Shown in pieces: positions 52,423 to 64,000 of a DNA stretch of 64,000 bases; within the stretch, counting starts at the first letter, position 1, and each line of letters starts with the position of its first letter. The notes under the pieces are model-generated. The model was not told where the DNA came from and ran no database searches. It was given only the letters and a program-made list of their open reading frames with translations. The position numbers and the translations under genes were made by a program. Source of the DNA: Mytilus trossulus (Eukaryota); NCBI RefSeq assembly GCF_036588685.1, contig NC_086378.1, positions 9,052,001 through 9,116,000 on the forward strand. The letters run 5' to 3'.

Positions 52423-55400
52423 TTATACACTAAAAACAGATAATTGACGCGTGTAACGGTCGAATTGATCTGCAATAAACAAATTAAGAGAGGTACCATT
52501 GGGAATATCTTGAAATAAATCTTGTCGGATATTCTGTAGGTATACCACTGTTGTTGTCAGATCAGCCATTCCAGCAGCAATATCAACTGGAGCTAGAGCC
52601 ACACCTGGAGCCGCAAACGCAGATCCACTAGCCGCATCAGAAGCCACAAACGCAGAGCCACTAGCTGCACCCATTGCAGCCGATCCTCCAGGCGATGCCT
52701 CTCTAGAGATACATATACCTCTACTTTGGTTACAGATCAAGTCTGGACTATTTGAACACAGATTTTGGCATGATGGCGCAGGATCATATCGTCGAAGACG
52801 GGCATATCTGTTACTGTAACCTTCTCTATTAGTAATTGGTGGGTTTGGTCGATATCTGTAATTGTTAAATCGCATTTCACCATTTGGAGGATGAGTTGGA
52901 AAACCTAATGGATAATCTGCAGGGGCATTTGTAATACGTCTTCTAAATAATTCCCAAATATAGTCAACAAATGCATGATGACACCAGAATATTGGATCGA
53001 AAGCAGCAATGGTCCCGCTTGCCATGGTTCCATCTACCCAACGGTGTACCATGTTGTGATATCCTTCCCAAAAATATCTGCTTTGTTCTCGTCGTACAAT
53101 CTCACTATGACTTCTTCTTGATAGCACGGCCGCAATTGCATTTTTGGAAATTAATCCTCCTGGTCCGTTTATTGCGCGTGTAATTCTTGGACCAGGTAAA
53201 TTTGCAAAAAAACCTTCGGTTACTCGACCTAGCGGTGTACCAAAATATCTATTTGAAAATAAAATGGTTCTTGATTGTCTATTTCCCATCGCTTGATCTA
53301 ACGAGGAGTCCCAATACGGAGTAGTTACTCCTGGTCCATAAACAGCTTGCAATGCAGCTTCATACCTGAAAAGATACAAAGGAATTGATAGCTTAACCAT
53401 GAAAAAAAATGGGTTCATAAAAAAAAACTTTTAAGTGACAAGAATGAAAAGATTTTCAAGGTTCAAAGTTGAGTACAACAATAATATTCTAATTATTTTT
53501 TGTTAAGGAAATTTTAGAAGTAAGAAAAACATTGAAACTCAAATTAAAGGCTAATACTATATTTACTACACTTACAATTTATAATCCTACACTTATAATC
53601 CTGGTACCTTTGATAACTACTTACAACAACAGGTAAATTCTGTGCCATGAGAAGAAAGCTGACCCTCGATGTTCTCGATTACTACCTGTGTGGATGCTTG
53701 CAAGGATGTCATAGGTATTCATATCCCGACGAACTCCCTAGAAAATAAAAAGATAACCGCATGTGATCTGCCTTGGTTTGAGTTTTATTGTTTTGTTTAA
53801 ACCGGGTTTCTTTAAGTTTGTATTATATCTAATCATGAGTAATCAATTAACTTGACTGGATATTTTTTGTAAAATGTTATGGTCATATCCCGTACGTTAC
53901 AAAGTGGACAACTATAACCTATATTTGACATGGAAATAAGGTACAACTTAGACACTCAAATGGTTCATTATTAATTCCCACACATTTAGGACCGTTACAC
54001 ATATACGAGAAGATTAATAAATAAAGTTTTAAAAAGAATGATACGTAATGTGTGTTTTATCTGGTCTTCCGACGACCAGCGTAATCGTAAATATTCCAAG
54101 TTAATATGCACACACAAAAGTAAAAATTTGAACTGATGTGGTGTTTTATAGACCATTGATGTTTCAATTAAGCTACTTGCGATGTCAAACGGCCATTTGC
54201 TTGTGACGCTTATAATATGTTTCTATGAAGTATTTCTTGAATTGCTGTAGACCCTCCAGGAGTCAATTTCCGAAATCTTATTTCCGTACGATATGTTGAT
54301 TTGATATACAGACATTGATAAACAAAACTATCACATTGCAATATCAGGGGTTTTTGTTTTCAATTATTTGGACTCGAGGATCACTGAGCATCCATTAAAT
54401 ATCGGTTGAATTTCTTCCTTTAAATGTGGGTAAAATGGAAATGTATTGTCAAACAAAACAACATCAACGTGTTCATGGCGGCATACATACACCGTAGGCC
54501 AACTTTTCTTTCTCATTAACTATTCAAGATTATATAATCCTGTTCATTTGTCAATTTAATAAACATAATTGATGAAGTCCGGCATGATTTTCATAATATC
54601 AGAGTGTTCTTTTAATCATATTTTAATTGTTTTCTGTATATTGTTCTTTACCACTATTAAAATAGTTTTATGACTATAGATGCTAATGTTACAAGCAATC
54701 GGCTATACACTTTTTTCCATAACCTTTTCAATTGGTGCATTCAGCACTTCAATAATTGAATTTGAATTAGTTTTGGATTTTCATTTTTTTTTAACCTCGA
54801 GCATCAATAAAGAGACATTACAAATAGTATCGTTAATCTTGTTGAATAACAAATTGATATTCAAACTGGTTTCATTTTACGATGTATAGATTCAAACTAA
54901 AACAATACTTACATAATGGTTCTTTAACATCCGTACAGCTAGTGCGTAACGTAGAAAGTTGTTTTCGTATGGAGCTGCTCTTATTTCCCGTCTAACTGGT
55001 ACACCACCCGCCTGCCTTTTGTGTCGAGATTTACCAGCTGTTTCAGCCTCACTATTGATTTTTCTCCATAATGCCGATAAGAAATTCGAGGAACTTGTAT
55101 CGTTCAGCGTCTCTGTTGCCGGTTGCAGAAATTCTTTGAAACATGTTATATTGATCCCACTCTTAAAACAGTCTGGTTTGTTGTCCGTGGAATTTATTTG
55201 ATAGCTTATTTCTGCATCAATACTTGGAGGAAAATCCAACAACAACACAGTCATAAACAGACCGACCTTTAAAATAATATATCATTATAACATTATCATT
55301 TACGATGTTATATAGCGAATTTATTATACAACAATCATGATAATACAATTCCAGTTGAAAAGATGAAAATACAAACGACTGCTTTACCACTGAAAACTTA

Positions 55401-57236
55401 AACACATACAAAATGTATTATGAGAATAACTATGACGTCTCTACGTTTTAATTACCGAAATAAAAGTATATGCTGTCAATTATTGAAATATTAATTATTG
55501 CAGGGATTGTGGTTGATTTTCATGTGATTTACCATGTTTCTTCTGTTACCTATTCTAACATTTTTTTAACTGAGTTTTATTGTGGGGTTTAATGTCTGTT
55601 GGTTTTTTTTTCAATTTGGCTTGAGGTTTAGGGAAAGAGTTGAGATCTAACAAAACATAGTTAACACTTCCGCATTTTTGCGTTTGTCGTCCTTATGCAG
55701 ACGTTTGGTCTGTGATTTGTCGGTTCTATCCGATTTAAGCTCGTAAAAGTTTTCATTAGTTCTTGATTTTCATTATGGGTGATACATGCGAGAGACGCTT
55801 GTCCTTTCAAAACATCCGATTTTTCTACGTTTGAAACCCATGGAAAAAGTAAAATCACAAAAATACTGAAAATCAATAAGAAAGTCCATAATCACATGGC
55901 AAAATCAAATAACAAAACGCATCAAAAACGAATGGACAAGAACTGTCATATTCCTGACATACACTTTCAAGGCATTCTACATATGAAGACCATGGGATAC
56001 AGATTAAAATAATTCAGGAGTTCTACGTTTGAAAACCATGGGATACCATAAAAGCATCACGTCTTTCTAAGTATGATGACCATAGGATACCCTGTAAAAG
56101 CATCCTGTCTTTCTACGTTAGATGTCCATTGGAGACACTTTCAGAGCATCTAGTCGTTTTACGTTTGAAGACAAAGGGATACCCTTCAAATCATCCAGTA
56201 TTTCTACGTATGAAGACCATGTAATACCCTGTCATAGAATCTGGTCTTTCTACGTTTGATGACCATAGGATACGTTGTCAGAGCATACAGTCTTTCTGCG
56301 TATAAAGTCCATATGATACCCTGTCAAAACATCCGATTTCTACGTTTGAAGAGTTCAAGACCATGAAAAACTCTGTCAAAGCATCCAGTCTTTCTACGTT
56401 TGAAGACCATGAATTTCCCAGTATGTTATCCCTTGTTTTTTGTATTCAAAAGCGAATTACGAATTTTTAAATATCGGTAAAATGCGTAAGCACCTTCTGT
56501 GTAATTCTATCATAGATCGAGATTTTTTTTGTATTTATTTGTGTCATGGATAAATAAACTCATTTTAGATACCAGGATGAAGATTTGTATTTACGCCAGA
56601 CGCACGTTTCGTCTACAAAAGACTCATCAGTGACGTTCGAATCTAACAAGTTTAAAAGGCCAAATAATATGCGAAGTTGAAGAGCATTGCTTAATATAAA
56701 TTAATTTATGTAGTATAAGCTTATTAATTGAAATTTGGAAATAAAAAAACAAATAACCGTGATATAAATCAAATAAAGAAATCAAGAATAAAAACAAAAC
56801 AAAAAGAAAACGGGTTGCTTATTATCATGAAAAGATTCCTTATAATTGCATATCTTCCCAAAAGTTCACAACATCTTCAAGAGTATTATCACGAAAATGT
56901 CGACTTCGACTGGTTGTGCTACGATTATAGAAACATTGATGCCCTCCTGCTCCTTATGTATTTTAATTGTTCTCGTTATTGGATTGCCATCCTCTATTAT
57001 TCTTTTGTTATACAGTTTGATCGTTACTGCATATCGTGCACATATTATGGCAATAAATAACTTGAAAGAAATAAGAAATATTTCAACGTCCAACATGATT
57101 ATTTTTCATATATGTAAACAAAAAATTGGGTTATAAAAACGAGCAAATGTATTGATTTCAAAGTAAAATATAAAAGTATGTCATTTTTTTTCTCAAAATC
57201 AAATAATATACTAACCAATGTGCTGCAGGTATGCAT
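52423..57236 (-). CDS. Tyrosinase-like secreted protein, paralog 5 (476 aa)
   Basis: Exons 57216-57236 (MHTCSTL|gttagt), 54913-55266 (RHKR), 53625-53737 (IHTGSNREHRGSAFFSWHR), 52423-53365 (EGYHNMVHRW...FDPIFWCHH). Total 1431 nt, in frame. Confidence 0.93.
55790..56412. repeat. Degenerate ~43-bp minisatellite interrupted by a family C fragment
   Basis: Recurring tttctacgtttgaagaccatgggataccctgtcaaagcatccagtc, about 11 units; family C insert at ~55843-55960. Confidence 0.85.
56553..56690 (-). mobile_element. Retrozyme subfamily B fragment in paralog 5 intron 1
   Basis: B-type flank (aataaactcat...gataccagga) plus hammerhead and the aagttgaagagcattg block. Confidence 0.8.
56593..56636 (-). ncRNA. 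Type I hammerhead ribozyme, fully intact
   Basis: ACGUCA CUGAUGA GUCU uuugu AGAC GAAA CGUGCG UC^ UGGCGU: stem I 6/6 pairs, stem II 4/4, canonical core, GUC triplet; predicted cut between 56599 and 56598. Confidence 0.88.
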
Positions 57237-60200
57237 CCTACCTATCCTACGGCAAAACACAAAACAAATACATTTTTTCAAATCTCTTTTATTTATTGTA
57301 ATTGAAACAAAAATATGATTGAATTGTCATTTTTATTGTAAATAACACTACGTTATCAATCAGACTGGTTTTAATTGACTAGATAAATGCAAACAAGAAT
57401 CCGTAATTACAAGAACAAACTAGTTTCGATAAAGAAAATAGCTAATTATGCAAATTTAACTGAATTAACATGCGGAAGATACATGTGAAATAATGTTTTC
57501 ACACTTTCGCCACTTCTGTAATATATCCAGAACTCACACAATATCAAATTTTGTTCAAAACGAGAAGAAGCAAAGACTACTTTTTGAAACTATTTATTTA
57601 TCATGTAAGCAGGACGTTAAAATACTAAATCCTTTTGATGTGTATTAGTTGAATTTAGTTTCTGATACAAGCTTTTTTTTATTAATAATTGTATGGGCTT
57701 TTTACTAGCTGTCAGTAACTGCGAGTACTCGCAAATCGTACTTTCGTGTTAATATGACCTCTTGATACTAGTTGTAATGCCTTTTTTTGTTATATAATGT
57801 TTACTTATTCAGGGTTATATTTGGTCTATATATAGAGAGTCTATATTCTTAAAATATTTTTTTAACTTGCTATACAGCTCTATATGTTGGAGACAATTGT
57901 AAATGTTTATGAGTCTTGAGTTTGTTAAAAGATAAAACATTATTAAATTTCAGCTTTTACAAAACATTCACGTAATATTACAACTTCGAATAATATAGAA
58001 CTAAGAGCCACTCTAAAAAGAGAACATATATTCATCACTAAAAAAAAATTCAAAAAATTATCGTCATTTTATAAATCATAAAAATTATGACAAAAAGCAT
58101 AAGCATGACTTAACAAACAACACAAAAATCTGCATATAGTTGTCATTTCAAAATTTCGAATTTTTTGCCAAACCTCTTCTATATTTCCCAGCAATATTTT
58201 TACCAATATAACTTTCTACCTTAAATTCTGTTTTAAATGAAATAATAATACATGACGGTTGTTTTTATTTTAATTTGCATCGAAAAGTTGTAACTATCAT
58301 TATTATAATTATATAATTATTAGCAGCAGTAGCATATAACAAAAACAAAAAATTATACAAATATTTCACGGATGAAATCTAATACGACGAATCAATAGCA
58401 CCAAGAGATGTTTCGGCACCAACAAGAGCAGACTTAAAAAAACAAAATCATTGTAAGGTATTTCAGTGTTTATTAAATACATTTTAAACACGTTTTTCAT
58501 TCGTCATTTATTACTGCAAAAACATGACAATCAAATGTCAATTAAGAAATAATTAATCATCAATATACACAAAATGAATTTAAAACAATAGTTCTAAAAG
58601 CTGAAATAGCCTAGGTATTAATTGCACTTTTACCTAGTAAGACCGAATTTCTAACATTCCTACTTCCTTGTCGTCTGTTATCCTGATGAGAGGCGCTAAA
58701 AAAATATTGACAACCGACTATCGATCACAACAGCATCATGTGTGGGTGTGCGTGCCCCTAGTTCAAAAGAAAAGAATTAGACTTCTGTACACAAACTAGT
58801 ATCACAGTTCGTCCGCATTCTAAACTTTATATGTTTAATGGTAGTATAGTGCCATATATAGATTTCACTACCTAGGCCTTTGGTATCTTATGGAATATTT
58901 GTCTGAGGTGAGATGTATTTGCCTCAATTATCCAATGGTAATGGTCATCAAATAAATAACTCAAAAACTCAAAACTGTTGTAACAAATTCGAGTACGTTC
59001 ATTCTAACAAAAAGGGGTGGAAAGACATTTTTTTTTAGAAATTCAGGTTTGAGGAATTCGCTGAAATTCCGGAATAACCAGTTGGGAATTCGGAATTTTA
59101 TCATAGTGTGATGTTGGTAATGTGTAACTTGCAATTTCAGGGCCATACTTAGCTAATATCCGGAATGAAAACTAAATTGGAAATAATTACCAGTTAAAAA
59201 TTGATTTTTTTTATTTTGACAACAAAGACCATCTTCACGTATTGGTATCTATTTTCATATTGTGTCGGATTTTTTCTCTGGTAGATCTTATCTCAATCTG
59301 AATTCCCGAGAACAATAAATGCTGACTCCCGATTTGTTCTGAAAATAATGTCTCTATTCCCGCATCATTATATAAAACAAATCCAGAATTTCTGAATGTT
59401 ACTTTGCTATTTCAAAACTCCCGAAAATTACAAAACTCCGGTACAAATTCTACATTGTGGTTGTCGTTTGCTGGTATAATCATCATCATCATCATCTTTC
59501 CTCTGAATACATTTGAACTATGATATTTTAAACGATTCGTTTAGCAATCAGATATCAATCAATCATCAATCTTCTTCTTTTTTTTTGCGTTGGGATTGGA
59601 CCACAAAGAAAGGATTCCATACTCATTAGCTATATAACTTGTTGACCGGAGGTTAATTTTAAAATTAGTATGAAAGATCAAATTAAAGGAACCAGTCAGT
59701 ATAATTGATTGACATTATAACAGAAAACAAAATTCAGAACAATATTTTACTCAACGATATGATACCGTTATGCATCCTTCCGCCAACGAAAACAGTAAAT
59801 TCGTGAATTATTGACTGTAGCAAATCCATTTAATAAACTTCAATAAGAAATAAAGTTTCAAAAATCACATTTGGATAAATGTTTGTAATAGTTTATCACC
59901 ATGATCAAAGGTTGTCAGTCAGTCTGGCTTTAATTTTATTGGCAAGAACCAATAAGTAATTTAATTTTGAAAAACAAGTTCCGTATGTAAATAAAACTTT
60001 TCTTGTTTCCGAAAATGAATCATAAAAATCAAAAACAAAAACATGTTACAATGATTTTGAACAAAGAATCCCAAATAAGAAGAGCTGTTGAAGTGGCATC
60101 TGTATGTCCAATACGATATTTTTTTTTATAGAATTTCAATAGAAGATCTTACTTGAATGTTTGGAAGTTAGATATCTATCACAAATGTGTAAGCAATTTT

Positions 60201-61078
60201 CCTTCTCCTAAAGTTGTTTTTACCTTGCATTGCTTAAATATAATTTTTTAACTCGTGGTTTTAATTTTTGAAACTTTTTTAAGCACCCTAAATACATATA
60301 ACTTATAAAACCCACTTCAAATAGAAAAGAAAACAAAAAAACAAAGGAACAGCTTAAGTTTGCGTCATCTCACAGTGAGGCCTTCATCAAGGAGCTAAAA
60401 CTCTTATCTCACCGCAAGTTTAAAATAGCCTCTTGTACCGGTTAGAGCAGAATTCATTGCATTGAAATATAAGATTTCTGCACAGACACGGACGTGTAAA
60501 TGCAACTCCATTTAAAGGAGCGTGTATGTTAAAATGACTTATGTTTGGGGTAAATTGTAAAAGGTTTAGCTAGCTATAAAACCAGGTGCAATTCACCATT
60601 TTCTACATTAGAAAATGCCTGTACCAAGTCATGAATATGACAGTTGTTATCCATTCGTTTGATGTGTTTGGACTTTTGATTTTGCCTTTTGATTTTGGAT
60701 TTTCCTTTTTGAATTTTCCTCGGAGTTCAGTATTTTTGTGTTTTTACTTTTTGTTATAAATTTATAAAAAGAAAGTCAATGTATTATTATAAATAATATG
60801 CAAAATTTTGCATATTGCATATCAACTTAGCTTCAAAACTTGACATTTAATGAATCCCATGTTATTCTGAACATTTTGGTTACTTACATGACTCCGTATC
60901 TTTTAGAAAAGGTGACGGTGGATTTACAAATAAGTGTTTTGCAAATTAAAGTGTCCAGTGTTTATGCACCGAAAGAAATTATTTGAAATATTCTACATCC
61001 ACAATTCTGACCTTTGAATAGTTCGGCGAAAATTAATTCTTAAAGAATTCATCGTAAAATGAGTCGCATTAACATTAA

Positions 61079-61246
61079 TTGGTTATCAAAAGTACCAGGA
61101 TTATAATTTTATACGCCAAACGCGCGTTTCGGATACATAAGACTCATCAGTGACGCTCAGATCGAAATAGTTAAAAAGCCAAATAAATACAAAGTTGAAG
61201 AGCATTGAGGATCCAAAATTCCAAAAAGTTGTGCCAAATACGGCTA
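61079..61246 (-). mobile_element. Retrozyme subfamily A fragment, hammerhead 61113-61156 with broken stem II
   Basis: gcgtca CTGATGA gtct tatgt atcc GAAA cgcgcg TT tggcgt plus A-type flank. Confidence 0.78.
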
Positions 61247-61325
61247 ATAAATAAATTGATAAAACGTGTCGAATTTGAATAACAAACTTTAAGTCTAAAT
61301 TTTAGTAAATATAACGCCATAACGC

Positions 61326-61897
61326 AATGGCGCCTTCGTAGCAAAGAGTTCTAATTAAGTTGTTCATCACTAGCCATATGTGAGTTCGAACCCAACATGT
61401 GGCAGATGCATTCGATTTTTAATTGACTAGGATTGCATTTCTTCCTTCCAAAGGTCGGTGGTTCCCCAAAGACATTCCGGCTTGCTCAACCAATAAAACG
61501 AAACGCCACGATAAAGCCAGTAGTGGTGAAAATAAAGTCATCATAGATACCAGAATAAAAAAATTGTGTTTTCGCAAAACGAGCGTTTCGTCTACAAAAG
61601 ACTCATCAGTGTCGATTGAGTCCAAAAAAGTTTATAAGGCAAAATAAAGTACGAAGTTAAAAAGTAATCAGGATCGATGTTCCTAAAAGTTTGGCCAGAT
61701 ACACCTATGTAATCTATTCCTGATGAAGAAAAGCATAAGTATTCCAACAATTCAAATTTTTGTAAACATTTAGTTCAAATTTATGGCCATATTAATGATA
61801 ATTCATGAAAAACAGATGTGCTAATTACTGGGCTAGACAGAATAAGAATACGTTGTTGTAAATGAACTTATCATGAAAGTGGTGATAAACCCCAACA
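61326..61897 (+). mobile_element. tRNA-derived SINE (split by the retrozyme)
   Basis: B-box GTTCGAACC at 61384-61392; central ggtcggtggtt...ccggcttgctcaaccaataaaac..gccacgat domain resembling mollusc SINE cores; tail tgaaagtggtgataaac resumes at 61874. Confidence 0.6.
61532..61873 (-). mobile_element. Retrozyme subfamily B near-full monomer (~342 nt) inserted in a SINE; hammerhead 61572-61615
   Basis: CTGATGA gtct tttgt agac GAAA core with decayed stem I; terminal redundancy (ataaagtcatca / atgaacttatca); flanked by TGAAA direct repeats. Confidence 0.75.
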
Positions 61898-62181
61898 CTG
61901 TATCTTTCATTTATTTTTTTGTTGTGAAAAGTTTGTTTTTTGGAGGGAGGGGGTTCTATCGTGTTTCAACTGATTCACTGATTATCAATTTATTTTATAA
62001 TATTTACAAAAATAATGTAAAATACAACAGTTGACATGTCTGCTGAAATAAAATTCAAAAAAATAACGTTAGAACATGATATTTTGTTTAAAAATAAATC
62101 ATCTAACGTCAAATGAGATATATCTAAAAAGGCACTCGCAGATAGATGACCTTTTTACACATAATATGTGTTTTTGTCTTT

Positions 62182-63913
62182 TCAACTGCTAGATGAGTTA
62201 TGACGAGATCTTTGGTTGTGTGGTTTAGTACGTGGGACAGACATACATGTTGGTATAGGTGTTTGCGGCTTTTCCACCAATGTTGACAATGCTGTAGGAA
62301 GACTCCTGGATTGACGTAGAGCAATGTCTGCAAAATTCTAAAAAAGAAACCATTTTAAAACATCAAATTTCCTTTATAATCCATTCATTTCATTGAGCAC
62401 GCGTTATTTGGTTTTTTTTCTCTAGTTCTGCATAAGCTCCGCCCGCCCATAGCAACATCTGATAATATAAGCCAAAACGAAAAATAAAGCGAGTTAGGTC
62501 CTAAATATAATGACATATTTGAGAAGGAACCAATTAGTTTCACCGCCGTAACAGGATTTTTGTTTGTGTGTTAGCGACATTAACCTTTAACTATGTAGAA
62601 TATAAATAAAGTGTTTGAAAATGACACCACTGTCCACTAGATAGTAAAAGATTAGGATGAAAGCAAATACAAGGCAATTTTCGATCTTCAACCATGATGA
62701 CACCAAAACTGTATAGATGCCAAAAAAAATTTAAAAAAATACGCAATTTTTTGTTTTTATCGGTAAAAAACAAAATGGCAGTTATAAATTTGGAGAAAAA
62801 ATCTTCTTTATTAATAATTGCAGGGTAGTGATCGATACATCAAGAGATGGATGCAATGCCAAATTGAATAAGCGTCATTCACTGCCATAAACAAATGTCT
62901 TTGAAAAAGTCTCCTATATTTAGAACAGGCATCGTAGTACGTTTTGAAAACATAAGCGTATGCAACGATGATCTTATTCAAAAATACAGCTTTCATACCT
63001 TTGGTATCCCGAGGAAGGTTTTGACTTGTTTCATCTCTTCTGTTAACATATTAACAGTATTGAGCAAACACTGATTCTCTTTAGCTATTCCCTATAATTG
63101 AAAAAAAACTGATGTAGACATACAAATAACTTCACAGATAACTGTATACATGTTGTTAATTTATGTGAGTAGGACAAATTAAATCCGGCTGACAAATTGT
63201 TTAAGATATTGTAAATCATATCCTTGCCTGTCTTGACCAATTAATATTTTTAAAAACATAAAATGAATTCAGAATAAGATACAGTGCCATACTCGAGTAT
63301 GTTGCCATCGACTGATCCATCTTATCATAAAGACTAATTGCACCATTTTATCTTATATCTTTTATTCATCATTACATCTTATACCATTACATTGTTACCA
63401 TGTCTCTTCTTTAAACAAGTAAATTTGTATAAATGAACTCTTAAGTTTTGTTGGATGTTAAGTGTAGTGTAGGGGATAAGTCCAACTTCGCTAGCCAAGG
63501 GTAACGATCCACTTCCGTTCTCCGCGAAGATGGGTATAAGGCATACAAGCTTAAACCAACCAAACTAGTTCTTGTGAATGTAGCTTCCTCGGGCATATTT
63601 CGTATCGCTTGTCGGGTTTCGCTTTTCTCTTAGGTCCTTTTGATTTTATGGGGTCTCCAACGTTTGTATTATGTTTTGGATTGTAGAAATGTTTACTTTA
63701 GACATTGCTGAAGAGGCATTAGTTTTCGGAATGCTCATCTGGTGCAATACAAAAAATGTACCGTTAATTGTATATCTTACTATCTCCACTGACCTTCATT
63801 TCAATTCTGGTCTTTTCTTTTCCTTGCAAGAGGTCTTTCACTACCATCACACTCATTTCAAGGTGTTTGTGCGGAAATATTTCCTCATGATAATTATGTT
63901 CGTGAATTTTACC
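62182..63913 (-). CDS. Probable 3' exons of an unrelated upstream gene (coiled-coil plus Ser/Pro-rich tail; weak resemblance to the end of a TRAF-type Zn finger)
   Basis: Three phase-0 compatible exons with pyrimidine-rich AG acceptors and GT donors: 63794-63913 (GKIHEHNYHEEIFPHKHLEMSVMVVKDLLQGKEKTRIEMK), 62999-63091 (GIAKENQCLLNTVNMLTEEMKQVKTFLGIPK), 62182-62337 (NFADIALRQSRSLPTALSTLVEKPQTPIP...HNSSSS*). Confidence 0.55.
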
Positions 63914-64000
63914 CTGAATACAATAAATAATTTTCTCAAATAATTGTTGGTATTTTCTCCAATTGAAATACACTTTATATTCAATACTATCAAAATAATT

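Noticed and set aside
52423-52440. C-termini (-VFSV, -VFDV, -IYDV) as PDZ-binding motifs
   Set aside because: The proteins are predicted to be secreted, so cytosolic PDZ binding is unlikely.
55790-56412. Regularly spaced ~43-bp motif as a possible CRISPR array
   Set aside because: Whole units are homologous (no unique spacers) and there are no cas genes; it is a minisatellite.
61326-61400. tRNA gene
   Set aside because: B-box present but no cloverleaf; it continues into a SINE body.
274-62996. Remaining short 60-110 aa ORFs in the track
   Set aside because: AT-rich, F/I/K/L-biased chance ORFs or repeat-derived; no splice or homology support.
63650-63739. Extra exon starting ATGAGCATTCCG in the right-hand gene
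   Set aside because: Would need a 54-nt intron and hits a stop in phase 0; skipping it keeps the frame.

Overview
AT-rich, intron-containing animal DNA. It is most likely a mytilid bivalve such as Mytilus; this is inferred from the repeat families and gene type, not verified. The main content is a head-to-tail array of five minus-strand tyrosinase-like (type-3 copper, polyphenol oxidase) genes. Each has four coding exons: a 21-nt ATG micro-exon missed by the ORF track, a signal/propeptide exon with a furin site, a 113-nt CuA exon and a large CuB/C-terminal exon. Gene 1 lacks its last exon because it runs off the window start. Remnants of further paralogs are visible: an inverted promoter plus exon 1 at ~24.8-25.0 kb, an orphan promoter at ~15.9 kb and duplicated CuB fragments at ~29.1-29.3 kb. 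Scattered through introns and spacers are about ten copies of a ~300-360 nt repeat carrying a minimal type I hammerhead ribozyme (retrozyme, two subfamilies). One fully intact copy lies in sense orientation inside intron 1 of gene 5. Also present are Penelope-like RT fragments, several TTAA/TA/hAT-type MITEs, a tRNA-derived SINE, minisatellites, and probable 3' exons of an unrelated gene at the right end.
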